DNA of 64,000 nucleotides from Squalus acanthias (GCA_030390025.1 CM059432.1:150166001-150230000); one strand, 5' to 3'. Counted from the first letter of the stretch, positions 39,549-51,829 are shown. Translations and numbers: made by a program. The notes: generated from the letters alone by a model not told the origin.

Positions 39549-42500
39549 GGGCTCGATTTTAATAGCCCTGAGGAGGCGGGTCTGTTGCGAAAATCAGAAA
39601 AATTGTCTTCAGACACCCAACCTGCCTCATCCCGCCCCCACCCGATTTTTGTGAGTGTCTGTCTAGCCGCTCCCAAACTGACCCTGTCTGGAACCGGTGG
39701 GACAGGTAGTTAAGGCAGTTAACAGGCTGTTAACTGCCTTGCTAATCCTATTTTCATTGTGGTTTCCAATTTTCGTGCTTCTGGCTCCTGTTTCCCGACT
39801 TGTCAGAAACAGGCCAGGTTCAAGGAGACGAGTTGCTGGAGGACATGATTTGTATGCGTTGGTGGAGTGCTTTAAAAGCGCCTCTGAAACATAGCTGACA
39901 TTTAAATGCAACAACTTTGCGGTTGTAGGTATGGGATAAGATTTAGCACATCGACTGACCTTGTGACTGTTCAAGCTGACACCCATCTGCAGTGTGGCAT
40001 GAATGGAATAATTTCAAGCCACTTCAACTGTGCGCTTGCAAGCTTCTTGCCTCAAATGAAATCTATAGCAAGGGGATGTGAAACATTTATGCCCTCTCAT
40101 CCTGGTCCTCATAATCGGAGGAGTAGGAGGAGGACGAGGGGCACCTTGTTGTGACCAATGCAGTATCCCTCCAGTTCACTGCTGCCCATCAAGCAGCGTA
40201 TGCACACTGCCATGCCACACTACCATAAGCTTACTCTTTGACCATAGGTGGCTACCATATGGCTCTGTGATTGCAGGCGACACTTGTCCAACGTCATACT
40301 TCATCTCTGCTATACCCTGTTATTTCCTATCAGTTTTACCATCAGCATTACAAAAGCAAGTAGCCCTGAGCCCTCAATGCGCTTTTGCCATTTCCCATAA
40401 CACATAGGCCACACAATCAACTGTTTGACGTAATTTATCTTAACACATGACAAAAGAATAATAAACCAGCAAGAGTCAGAAAAAAAAGAAACATCACCTA
40501 AGTGACTCCCCTTGTGACTATAGGTGCTTAATCTTTCTCTTACGCGTGCTTCTATGTGGTGCTTCCCCTGTGGCTTCAGCAGATGTAGAGGCACCTTGCT
40601 GACTAGGATGCTGCGCCTGCTTAGACACCTTTAGCGGGTGTCCTCTGGGTTTGGGAGCCTGGGAGGGCTCTTCAACAGTCTGCTCTTCCTGCGGCTGTGC
40701 AGGGGCTGAAACGGCCATCTCAGTTGTCTCTGCAAAGTGGGTCTCTGACCGAGGGCTCCGCAGTGGCATGGTCGTGTGAGCGCTTTGAGAGGAGCCCACA
40801 CTTCCTTCTGTCCTGCCAACAACATCCCTCTCATGGGTCAGCCGCACCTCAGTGCTGGCAAGTGGCAGGAGAGCACCGTGCTGCACTTCAGGGGGACCAT
40901 GAGGACCCGTATCTGCACTGGCAGTCCTCATCACAAGGACGTCCATGAAGCTCTGGTCTCTCTGCTCAATAGCTGCCCATCGCTCCTTCAGAGATGTCAT
41001 TCCATTCTGAACAGTCACCATGGTTTCCTGATCTGGCGACTTATTTCCTCCATGGCCCTAGCCGTCCTATCCATTGAGGTAGCCATCCTTTCCACGGAGG
41101 TTGCCATCCTATCCATGGTGGTGCGTTCATGCGCCATTGCCTCCACCACGGCTGTGCTGATGTTAGAGATGGGCTCATCCATTCTCTCCACACTTGCACT
41201 AACCCTGGAGGCAAACCCTTCCAGAGACACCTGCACTTGTTCCTGTATTTCCCGAACTGGTCTTTTTCTGGATGGCCCCAGAGGCACAGTGTCTGCATGC
41301 AGCTCAGCAGAGCTAGGAGATTGCTGCGACCTCCGCCGAGGACTCTCCACTGCTGTCGCTGTCTCCACCATCTGCTGATGCTCACTTGTGCGCTGAGATA
41401 GACCAGGTGGCAACACTACTCGAACTCGCGATGTCCCACTGAGTTGTGCATTGCTGCACTGGTGCTGGGTGCGCTGAGTCCTGGTGTCGCTGCTCCCTCA
41501 GAGGCTTCAGGTTCCTCTGAGGAGTTGTCCGGGTCTTCGTCCTGGATCGTGGGTAGCTCGATGGTCCTGTGGGAGAGTAAAGGCTTGAATTAGACATCTG
41601 ATATTGATGTAGCAGAAACATCCTTTTGAGCAGATGATACAATGCGATTCTCTATGAACATCATATTCCATTGCTTTCTGAGAGGGATGAAACTCTATTG
41701 TGTCACCAGCTTCCTCTAGTGTGCCCGTCTCTCCATCGCCCACTTCCAGGTCCTCGCCACCTCCAACAATCTCGTTTGCAGCCTCCTCGGAACTGGTCAA
41801 TGTTGCAAGGGTAGGTGTTCCTCCTCCAGTCATTGCTCTCTCCCTCTTATTGTGGGCTATCTTTTCCAGCAAGGAGGGACACAAACGGTGTTTCAGCCAC
41901 AGTGATGGAGTGAGTGTGAATAATCCCTACCATAGAAGCTTTGAGGGAGACGAAGATGGGGTAAGGTGCCAAGAGGAAGGTAGCTCCCTGTGCGTTGTTA
42001 GTTGTTGTCACTGCATGACAGTGAGAGCGAGTCTAAGGGGTGCATAGGCAGGATGATGAAGTGATTCAGTGCAGAGACTGAGATGAATAGGAAAGGGTGC
42101 AAGGGAAGCAAGAGTAAGGTGGGATGTGAAGGAGGAGGCTTACAACGCAGAGTGCTGGTGATGAGAAGAGAAGGGAAGCAGAGTGAAGGCAAGTGTGATG
42201 AGATACTCACATTTAATGTTCGCACAAGATCATTAAACCTTTTTTGGCACTGGATCCATGAGCGTGCATAAATGGACCTTGCGCTCACCTCCTGAGCAAT
42301 GCGCAGCCAGGCTGCCTTGGTCTGCTGAGGAGGCTTCCTCTGGCCATCAGGAGGGAAGAGAATTTCCCTGCGCCCTCTGATAGCATCCACAAGAACTTGG
42401 AGGGACTCATCATTAAAACGAGGAGCTGCCTTGCCTCTGGAAGAAGTCATTGTGTTTAAATCAAGTCCAGGAATCCACAATAGAAAGGCTCACGCTGGAT

Positions 42501-42712
42501 GGCAGCTTTAAAAGCAGCTGCTGTTATGATGTCATCAGAGGCGGCCAGCTGACCCGATCGCACTCATATGACCGGCCAGCGCGCCTCATTGAAATCAACA
42601 AGCTCATTGAATCAAAATCAGACATCTGCAGCTGATCCCGCCGGAAGCAGCTCCTGAACCCGCCCACCACGCAACCCGACTCCAACCCGCCTCGGGAATT
42701 AAAATCGAGCCT
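39549..42712 (-). mobile_element. Harbinger derivative retaining only the 3-exon Myb/SANT gene (decayed)
   Basis: TIRs ggctcgattttaa / ttaaaatcgagcc; TSD ATA (39546-39548, 42713-42715). Exon 1 42450-42211 (MTSSRGKAAPRFNDESL...WIQCQKRFNDL, donor gtgagt); exon 2 41866-41707 (acceptor mutated to tg); exon 3 41566-40518 frameshifted. No DDE transposase motifs. Confidence 0.88.
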
Positions 42713-44825
42713 ATAGAGTACAAAAGCAAGGAAGCTATGACGAACCTTTATAAAACACTGGTACGGCCTCAACTGGAGTATTGTGTCCAATTCTGGGCAC
42801 CACACTAAGAAGGATGTGAAGGCCTTAGAGTGGGTGCAGAAAAGATTTACGAGATTGATTCCGGGGATGTGGGACTTCAGTTACGTGGATAGACTGGAGA
42901 AGCTGGGGTTGTTCTCCTTAGAGCAGAGAAGGTTGAGAGGAGATTTGATAGAGGTGTTCAAAATCACGAGGGGTCTGGACAGAGTAGATAGAGAGAAACT
43001 GTTCCCATTGGCGGATAGGTTGAGAACCAGAGGACACAGATTTAAGGTGATTGGCAAAAGAACCAAAGGCAACATGAGGAAAAACTTTTTTACGCAGCGA
43101 GTGGTTAGAATCTGGAATGCACTGCCTGAAAGGGTGGTAGAGACAGATTCAATCGTGGCTTTCAAAAGGGAATTGGAGAAGTATCTGAAGGAAAAAAAAT
43201 TGCAGGGCTACGGGGAAAGGGCGGGGGAGTGGGACTAGCTGAAGTGCTCTTGCAGAGAGCCGGCACGGGCTCGACGGGTCGAATGGCCTCCTTCTGTGCT
43301 GTAACCATTGTATGATTCTAACACAGCGGCAATTGAGGAGGCTCAAGCCAAGACAGGGAAAAATGGCAATTACTCCTTGTGGGAAAGGGTTTGTTCACAG
43401 TACTTGTGCTGAGATACTTTGGAGGCTTGGAGGTCTGATCTTCACTTTGGAGCTCTGATCTATCAGATCAGCATGGGTGCCACTTACGCTGTGCTAGATT
43501 GGACCTCAGATGAGGACCAAGATGGCCAGCAGCAGCAGGACCAGCAACAGGCTGCTGCTCACAGCCCTGCAGCTCCACAGGAGAGAGGGGAGCAGCAGAG
43601 AGGTGCAGCTCGTGCAGGCCGTACCCAGCACACAGGGTCTACAGGCAGAGGAGAAGCTTCCTCGACATGTTGGAACATCAGTGTCTGACGCGGCTCAGGT
43701 TGTCAGGTCAGGTCATGGCGGACATTTGCAGCCTGCTGGAACAAGACCTGCTACCAACCAGTGGCTATCAAAGTCACCATCGCCCTCAACTTTTTTGCCT
43801 CTAGATCCTTCCAGGAATCTACTGGAGACATGTGCAGGATCTCGCAGTCGGCGGCCCACAAATGCATAGGACAGGTGACGGATGGCTTGTTTGCCAGGGC
43901 CGCCAACTTTGTCAATTTTGCCTGCGATTATATCAGTCAGAATGAGCGGGCACTCATGTTTGTGGCTCTGGCTGGCTTCCCACAGGTGCAGGGCGTCATC
44001 GACTGCACGCATGTGGCAATTAAGGCACCCCCAAATCATCCAGGAGTATTCATCAACTGCAAGGGCTTCCACGCCATCAATATGCAGCTGGTGTGCAACC
44101 AAAAAAAGGTGCGTGCAAGATTCCCGGGCTGCTGCCATGATGCATTCGCCCTGCGGCAGTCCACCCTCCCTGATCTCTTCGCACCTGGAAACAGAGTTAC
44201 TGGCTGGCTGCTGCTCGGAGACAAGGGATACCACTTAAAACGTGGCTGATGATACTTCTCAAAAACCCGAGGAATGAGGCCCAGGAGCGATACAATGAAT
44301 GCCCTATGACCACCAGATGTGTAATCATTAAAACCATCGGCATGCTGAAGATGCATTTCAGGTGCCTGGACAGATCTGGAGGTGCCCTTCAGTGCGCTCC
44401 AGCCAGGGTCTCTCGAATGGTCGCGGTGTGCTGCACTCTGCACAACATTGTGCAGCAGCGAGGTTTGGACCTGCAGGAGGAAGCCACAGAGCACAGAGCG
44501 ATTCCGAGGAGCAGGGAGAGGAAGAGACGGAAGGTGATGAGGGCAATGCTCCACCAGTGGCACACATTGCTGCCCGGGATGCCCCATTATTGCGAGGCAT
44601 CTCACAACCACATGCAAAAGTCACCTTTGCTCCCCCCCCCACCCCATGCCACTAATACGAAGCAGCCCTGGAAACAACCAAACATCCCTTTCACAGCTCC
44701 TCATTGTTCGGCGTCAATTCATGTCTTCCCATTCATCATCACACAATTGAAAAGCCCACTCGCCAGCCAGCAACCAAGAATTGGCAAGATGGGAAAGTGG
44801 TGCAAAACAATAATATTTATGTGAT

Positions 44826-45060
44826 AGCAAAATACTGCGGATGCTGGAAATCTGAAATAACAACAGAAAACGCTGGAAAAACTCAGCAGGCCAGGCAGCA
44901 TCCGTGGAGAGAGAAAGAGAGTTAACGTTTCAGGTCGATGACCTTTCGTCAGAACTGTGAAGAGCCGGAAATCAAATAGATTTAAGGCCAGAGTAAAGCT
45001 GGGAAAAGGGGGAGGGGATAAAAGAACAAAGGGGGAGATGAAGAGACATTAAGAGACATT
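44826..45060 (-). mobile_element. Penelope-like family 1 terminal repeat
   Basis: Near-identical to 2907-3030. Confidence 0.7.
44920..44956 (-). ncRNA. Minimal type I hammerhead ribozyme motif, intact core
   Basis: agtt CTGACGA a aggtc atc gacct GAAA cg TT aact: stem I agtt/aact, stem II aggtc/gacct, palindromic AACGUU, NUH triplet GUU. Confidence 0.7.
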
Positions 45061-46817
45061 AAGAGTAGTTCAAATAGACAACAGAAACTTAACAATCTAA
45101 CAATGTGTAACACACCCTTGTGCAGCTACAAATCTTTACTCTTCCTTTTCATAGTGCTTCTACGTGGTGCAACCCCTGCAGCAGAAGTAGAGGCAGGCTG
45201 CTCAGATCCGTGCTCTCACTGTTTATTTGCTCTTGGTCGACATCCTCTGGGTTTTGGAGCCTGTCAGGGGCCCACAAAAGACTGCTCCACCTGCACCCGT
45301 GCAGGGGCAGACTCGGCCATAGGCGGCATTTGGGATACTGACTGAGGATGGGGCGGGGCAACGGGTGAGAAGTGGAAGCGCTTTGAGTTGAATCCTCATT
45401 TCCATGTCCGCTTTCACCATCATCCCTCTCATGGCCAAGCCGCAGTTTCCTGCTAGCAATGAGCTGGAGAGCACTATGCTGCAGATCAGTGAGGCGATGA
45501 AAGGCCAATGCTAGGGTTTCATTCATCCTATTCAAGGTGGCATTCAGAGTGTGCAAGTCATTGGTGAATACCTGCATGCACTCGTGTAATTGCTGTGCTT
45601 GATGCTCCATGCAGTTGGCCACCTGATGGATGGAGAGCATTTGTTGAGGGTGACTATGAGGGAGAGGCATGACATTGCACAAGGATGTGGGTGAGTGTCA
45701 GCGGTGGATGGATAAATGGGAATGTGAGGAAGTGCATAGACAGAGAGGGATGGGCGCACCTGCAAGATAAGTTGGTATGAGGAGTGATGTGCTGGAGTAG
45801 GCTTGAGAAGGCAGAGCGAGGGGGTTAGGGTGATACGCACATCAGGAAGTAGGGCAATGTGCCATTACTCGCACCTTTCCTTCCCCGCTGAGATCATTGA
45901 ATTGCTTCCTTCATTAGATCCAGGAGCGTGGCATCATGCTCCTGCTGTTGACCTCCTCAGCAACCTCCAACCACGTCTTCTTTGTCTCAGCTGCAAGCTT
46001 CTTCCTCCCGTCACTAGGGAAGAATATCTCCCTCTGCGCCCTTACAGTCCCCAACAGCACATCCAAGATTGAGTCGCTGAAGCGGGGTGCAGCCTTTACC
46101 TGTCTCGACTCAATACCAGCAGGTCTATGGCTCTCCACGACAACTCTAAACTCCATCAACTTGCATGTTTGGAGTGTCCCTTTACACACTGGAGTTGAAA
46201 TTGTGTCATGTGCATCGTGATCACGCCTGCTGATGCTAATTGGACGGGAAACTGGAAAGTAAACGGATAATGAAGTGGCTGAGTTAAAAAGCCACTTACA
46301 GACGCGCCGCACTTACTCCCATGCTCAATTGCCACCCGCCCCCTTCCCCGCATGTCCGTGCATTAAAATCCAGCCCAATGCTTCAGAACGTGTCACAGTT
46401 AAATAATAACTGGGAAAACTGTGATTATTTCTAGAGATGACATGTAGGACAATGGTCACTTTTCATTCTGGAAACAATAAAAGATTTCTCACAGCTCCCC
46501 ACAGGTAAAATCTATTATCGTGTCCCATTACATCTTGTAAATAACCAAGCAGCAAAGATTTGCACTAAACAATGAATATGTTTATGATTTGGTGCACGAG
46601 AACCTAAAACAAACAGCTGAAGTGCCACCACCTATGTTCCGGATCCAATACAATATGATACGATAGGCTCTCAATATTATGATCTCTACATTTACATCTC
46701 TTCATTGGGCTACTTGCTGCCTTACAATACATTCATATATATTAACTACTCCATGATATGTTGTTGAAATCCTTCCCGTACAAAGTAATAAAGAATGGAA
46801 AATCCCCATGGAATAAT

Positions 46818-47320
46818 AAGGATTTCAACCCTCCCATTCAGCATATCAGCCCCGATTTTATCTCGGGCCGGCAGTCGTGTAGGCAGGGGCAGAGGATGTC
46901 GGCAAACTGTCCCAACCTCGGCAGCATGAGGCAGGGGAGAGGTTAACTCATGGGCCTCATCGGCATAGGGCCAGTCAGGTTCCCGGCCACAACCTGCCGG
47001 CAGCAAGTGTAAGCTGGACACGGGCGGAATCGGGATGTCGCGCGGCAGGAGGACGCTGCTGTAGACCGAAAGGGATGGTTCCCGGCACTCAGGCAAGTGG
47101 CCGGCCCACGCTGTCGGGGGAGGGGGAATCCTGGAGTATGGGAGGTCTACACTTTGCTTGTGGGGCCCGGAGGTGCACTCCTCCTCTTCCTGGCCCCACA
47201 AAGAAAGTAAAAAAAAAGATTAAAACCGGAACCTGCAGGAAGATGGCGGGACCTCGGTAGTTGAATCCCATGGGCGATTTTAACTGCAACCCTGCCGAGC
47301 TGGGCAGAGTTAAAATCCCC
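46818..47320. mobile_element. Harbinger-like MITE
   Basis: ggatttcaaccc ... gagttaaaatcccc inverted ends with GC-rich interior. Confidence 0.5.
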
Positions 47321-49811
47321 CGTGTCGTGATGCAGGAGTTTTTCTGCAGTACGCTATCTGAATCCCAATTACCCAAGCCACTACATTCCCCCACCCCCCC
47401 CTACCTCTCCACAACAATTTTTTTTTGTATTTAATCTCATCAAACACAAAATTTCATTAACAGCTTATCAAATCTCTTTATTGTTGCCACAAATAAACTG
47501 TAATAAATTTCAGTGAAGTTCAAATTAGTCACAAACCAGACACAACAAATTTTCTTCTCGTGTGTCTTCTCGTGCAAAGAAGCAAAACCCAATTAGGAAT
47601 CAGCAGCATCACTTATTAATGCATTGAAGCTGAGCTATGTGAACATATGCTCCAATAACATCCTGATTATTAAAGTCCCCTCACTTCCCCAAAAACAAAT
47701 ATATCTGATTACCTTCAATAAGGAAACATTAACAAGAAAATCCTATTAATGTTTTAACCCTATATTACCGTGACACCAAACATTGTCAATTACATTAATC
47801 TCCACCGCCCCAGCTTTTAATAATGAAGGACCAAATTCTCAAACATGTGGAGGCAATTTTCATTCGTTTTGCCACTATTCTATGTTACAACATGCTCTGC
47901 GATCGTAAGGTAAATTCGGCTTTCTCCATACGTTTCTGCACTCTGATTGAAATACAAAGCAGGGGTGAGGGAAGAGCTTAAAATGTTTGTGGCCTAGCAA
48001 TGCAAGGCAATTTTTCTTAAAACCGTGGGCCACTGCTCACCGTCCTCCCAATTGCCTCCTCCTCGCCATCCCAGGAAGCCCCTGAAGACCTTGGCCACCG
48101 TCCAAGCTGGTAATCTTGCTGGCCCCTCGTGGCCTGTGAGCTGCCTCGGAGACCATGGATGCCGTCCACAGCTCGCCGGTACTATCCTGAGGCTGGTGGA
48201 CCATTTTGCCTTGGTCCTGCTGCCAGCCTCATTAGGCACCGGTAGCATGCGCTGCGCGGAATTACACCCCAATTCGGTCACCAACTCATTTCTAGGCTAC
48301 CCACTAAACAAAAAAATGGCCAAACTGTCTATGAGAGGTTTATTTTTTGTTAAATGGGTGGAATTGAAGAAGGAATTGTTTTGGTAAAGCAACAGATCAG
48401 TTCTTCAACGCACTGTGTCACATAGAGTAGCAGAAAAATATAGATTACAGAGGAAAGGAAGCAATTAGGAAGGTACTGTAGAAGGTTCTTTTGATCAATC
48501 CATAAAATTTGTTTACAGCTTTGCTTTGTTTAACTCTTGATAGATACATTTGACTACAAAAAAACTCTCCAACACATTGTCTGATAACTTGCCCACTTGA
48601 TGACAGGGGCCTGTCAATCATTTGCAGGGGCCAGTTATAGTTTCTCCAAAGAGTTCAGGCAAGTTCAAAGTCAGTGAAAGGGCTTCAAAACTGTTGCAAC
48701 TGTGAACAGTTGTAAACCAAGTAACTTTCTTCGAAATAGTGCACAAGTATTAGCAAACTACAGAAACTTTATTTAGTCAGCTGTTGGAATATTTATACCA
48801 AGGAACTGATACCGCAGGTGGTAGACCGCCTGCTTTCAAGCCAGATGGTAATGGTTTTGAGTCCCAATGCTAGAAAGCACAGGAGAGCAAACATAATCAA
48901 TTTCACTTCCAATTTCCTCCACCGTCCTGTGGTGAAGCATCTTGAGTCTGTTCAGCACCATCTCCATACTGCGAGCTGAAGCAGTGTGCGCTAATGCAGC
49001 ACAAATCGGAGCCCTGTTATTCTGTGGGTGCAGTATGTTAGCATACAGGCATCAGTGAATTATCACTTTCTCATTTTAAACACATAACAAAATCAAACCA
49101 ATCATATAACAAGCCTAAATAAACATCAGCAGCCATGGAGGATTGATCATAAAATTGCAATAAATACTGTAAATGTTCTTCAGTAGTTTATATTGGAACT
49201 CAATTGACCTCTTACCATTGAATCATACAGCACAGAAGGAGACTATTCGGCCCATCGTGCCTGTGCTCTGAACGAGCTACCACTTAGTCCCACTCCCCTG
49301 CTCTTTCTCCATAGCCCTGTAAATCTTTCCCTTTTAAGTAGCGATCCAATTCTCCTTTGCAAGTTACTATTGAATCTGCTTCCGCCACCCTTTTAGGCAA
49401 TGTACTCCAGATCATAACAACTCACTGAGTAAAAAAAATTCTCATCTTCCCCTGGCTTTTTTGTCAATTATTTTAAATCTGTGTCCGATGGTGACTGACC
49501 TCCCTGCCAGTTTACTACTCTACTCTATCAAAACCCCTCATAATTTTGAACACCTCTATTAAATCTCCCCTTAATCTTCTCTACTCTAAGGAGAACACCC
49601 CCAGTTTCTCTAGTCTCTCCAGATAACTGAAATCCCTCATCCCTGGTACTATTTTAGTAAATCTCTTCTGCACCCTCTCCAAGGCCTTGCCATCCTTTCT
49701 AAAATGTGGTGCCCAGAATTGGACACAGTACTCCAGCTGAGGCCTAACCAATGATTTATAAAGATTTAGCATAACTTCCTTGCTTTTGTACTCTATGCCT
49801 CTATTTATAAA

Positions 49812-49910
49812 TCTCTCACTGCTAACTTACCTGACGAAGGAGCGAACTGCTTCGAAAGCTTGTAAAATTAAATAAATCTGTTGGACTATAACCTGGTGTT
49901 GTGCGACTTC
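49812..49910 (+). mobile_element. Penelope-like family 2 single terminal repeat with hammerhead motif (49827-49865)
   Basis: ttac CTGACGA a ggagc gaact gcttc GAAA gc TT gtaa (stem I ttac/gtaa, palindromic AAGCUU). Flanked by tctatttataaa at 49800-49811 and 49911-49922. Confidence 0.75.
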
Positions 49911-49922
49911 TCTATTTATAAA

Positions 49923-50144
49923 GGTCATGATGCGGAGATGCCGGTGTTGGACTGGGGTGGACAAAAATGAGAAGTCGCACAACACCAGGTTATAGTCCAA
50001 CAGCTTTATTTGAAATTACGAGCTTTCGGAGCTCTGCTCCTTCGTCAGGTACAGACTGTACCTGAAGAAGGAGCAGAGCTCCGAAAGCTCGTAATTTCAA
50101 ATAAAACTGTTGGACTATAACCTGGTGTTGTGCGACTTCTCATT
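49923..50144. mobile_element. Penelope-like family 2 palindromic insert with a hammerhead motif on each strand (50017-50051 minus; 50059-50093 plus)
   Basis: Arms of about 90 bp centred on 50055 with 2 mismatches; same ggtcatgatgcggagatgccggtgttggactggggtggac leader as 39316. tac CTGA(A/C)GA aggagc aga gctcc GAAA gc TC gta. Flanked by tctatttataaag at 49911-49923 and 50145-50157. Confidence 0.8.
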
Positions 50145-50925
50145 TCTATTTATAAAGCCAAAGATCCCATATGGCTTTTTAACAGCCTTCTGAACTTGTC
50201 CTGCCACCTTCAAAGGCTTGTGTACGTACACCCCCAGGCCTCTCTGTTCCTGCACCCCCTTTAAAATTGTATCATTTAGTTAATACTGCCTCTCCTCATT
50301 TTTCCTTCCAAAATGCATTATTTCACATTGCTCTGTGTTAAATTTCATCTGCCATGTGTCTGCCTATTTCATCAGTCCTGAAGTCTGCTACTATCCTCCT
50401 CACTGTTTACTACATTTCTAAGCTTTGTGCCATCTTAAAATTGTGAAATTATGCCCCCTATACCCAAGTCTAGATCATTAATATATATTAGAAAAAGCAG
50501 TGGTCCTAATACCATCCCCTGGGGAACACCACTGCATGCCTCCCTCCAGTCTGAATAACAGCCATTCACTAATACTCTCTGCTTTCTGTCTCTCAATTTA
50601 GCCAATTTTGTATCCACGCTGCCACTGCCCCTTTAACCCCATGGGCTTCAATTTTGCTAACAAGTCTATTATGTGGCACTTTATCAAACGCCTTCTGAAA
50701 GTTGATGTACAGAAGATCAACCACATCAATGTTCTTTGCTATTTCCGCAAAGAACTCATTCAAGTTATTCACCAAATGAAAATGAATGATTGACGTCATT
50801 TTCTATATACTTTCAATGTGGGTAAATGATAACTGCAATTTCACATGAGATGAATTTCCTGTGTAAGAGATAGTACTCACTACAACCTGAAGCATTTAAA
50901 AAAAAATTCTCGACTTGGTTATGTA

Positions 50926-51715
50926 GGGGGAAAAATTCGATATCGACCATTTTGGGGCGCTAACATTGCCTGGGCGTTAACATTGCCTGGGCGCTAACAT
51001 TGCCTGGGCGCTAACATTGCCTGGGCGCTAACTATAGCGCCCGGTGTGAATTAGCGCCGACGACTGCAAAATGGAGTTTTAGCATCCCAAGAGGGAAGTG
51101 GCGCTAAATCAAGCACGCCACTTGCTTCTTCGGGCGCTAACGTCGGAGAGCGGGGCGGAGATTTCAGCAGCGCGGCACACTGGGCCGGGCAGCGTCGCCG
51201 CGTTCAAAGGCTCCTTCCCTCCCTTAAAGGGAAGGGCCATCGTTACAGGCTCTGCAATTTAAAAAGTACCGACCTGGACCACCAAGGCAGCCGCGATCCC
51301 GTGCGATCAGCCCGGCACTCAGGCAGAGCGTCAGGCTGATCGATCGCGGGCAGGAACCTGCGAAAAAAACTAGAACAGGAAAGGGAAGTTATTTTTCACT
51401 TACCTCAGCCACCTGGCCTTTAATCATCGCCCCCGAAGCGGCTGGCCGCCCGATACTCGTCTCCTGCAGCTGACGGTGATTTCGACCGGCGCTGCTGCAG
51501 GGGGTGGAAGTCAATTTCGGGTCCGGGGCGATGCGCACGGCGATGACCTTACAATCTCCGGGGGAAGAAGATCGGGGCGCAACGCCGTAGCGCCGCCGCA
51601 AAACTCCCACCGAATATGGTGGGAGTCGATGTCAGCGCCGCGCCCGGCCTCAAAGCGAGTTGCGCCCCGGTAGCGCCCCCCGGGGGGAGGCACAAAGGCA
51701 ACCAATTTCACCCCC
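50926..51715. mobile_element. Harbinger-type MITE with a 17-bp tandem (gggcgctaacattgcct x4) in its left subterminus
   Basis: TIRs gggggaaaaattcg / ccaatttcaccccc; flanks gta/ata. Confidence 0.85.
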
Positions 51716-51829
51716 ATAAATGTTATTTCATTGTTTTCACATCCACTTTTCTCTTGTCCTGTGGTTGTCCTGCCCTATTTCATCCATGGTCGCTATTCAT
51801 ACGTGTGTTGGTAGGGTACGCGACCAGAG

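Larger units (their letters stand above)
36860..43320 (+). mobile_element. Near-complete but stop-ridden CR1 ORF2 (APE endonuclease + RT + tail) with nested inserts
   Basis: NAQSVVNK, AIMETWL, MGDFNYP, SDH (endonuclease); NYRPVSLTS, DFQKAFDKVPH, ADDTKLG (RT). Continues after 42712 to the tail at ~43320. Confidence 0.92.
36766..46376. mobile_element. Two-gene Harbinger (transposase + ~43470-44580; Myb/SANT - ~46165-45120) interrupted by a large CR1
   Basis: Ends ggggg-aattttaa / ttaaaatccagccc with AAT on both sides (36763-36765, 46377-46379). [14 protein letters not shown] and LLGDKGY transposase motifs; AAPRFSDSILDVLL...WLEVAEEV...RSWI Myb-like motif. Confidence 0.75.
49220..50765 (-). mobile_element. 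CR1 LINE RT/3' end
   Basis: NFQKAFDKVPH, SGVPQG.VLGP and RPQLEYCVQFWAPH motifs; tail at ~49220. Confidence 0.9.

Noticed and set aside
39383..39713. Overlapping sense/antisense ORFs
   Set aside because: Artefact of the palindrome and adjacent TIR sequence.
50955..51030. CRISPR-like array
   Set aside because: Head-to-tail 17-bp tandem with no spacers, inside a eukaryotic MITE.
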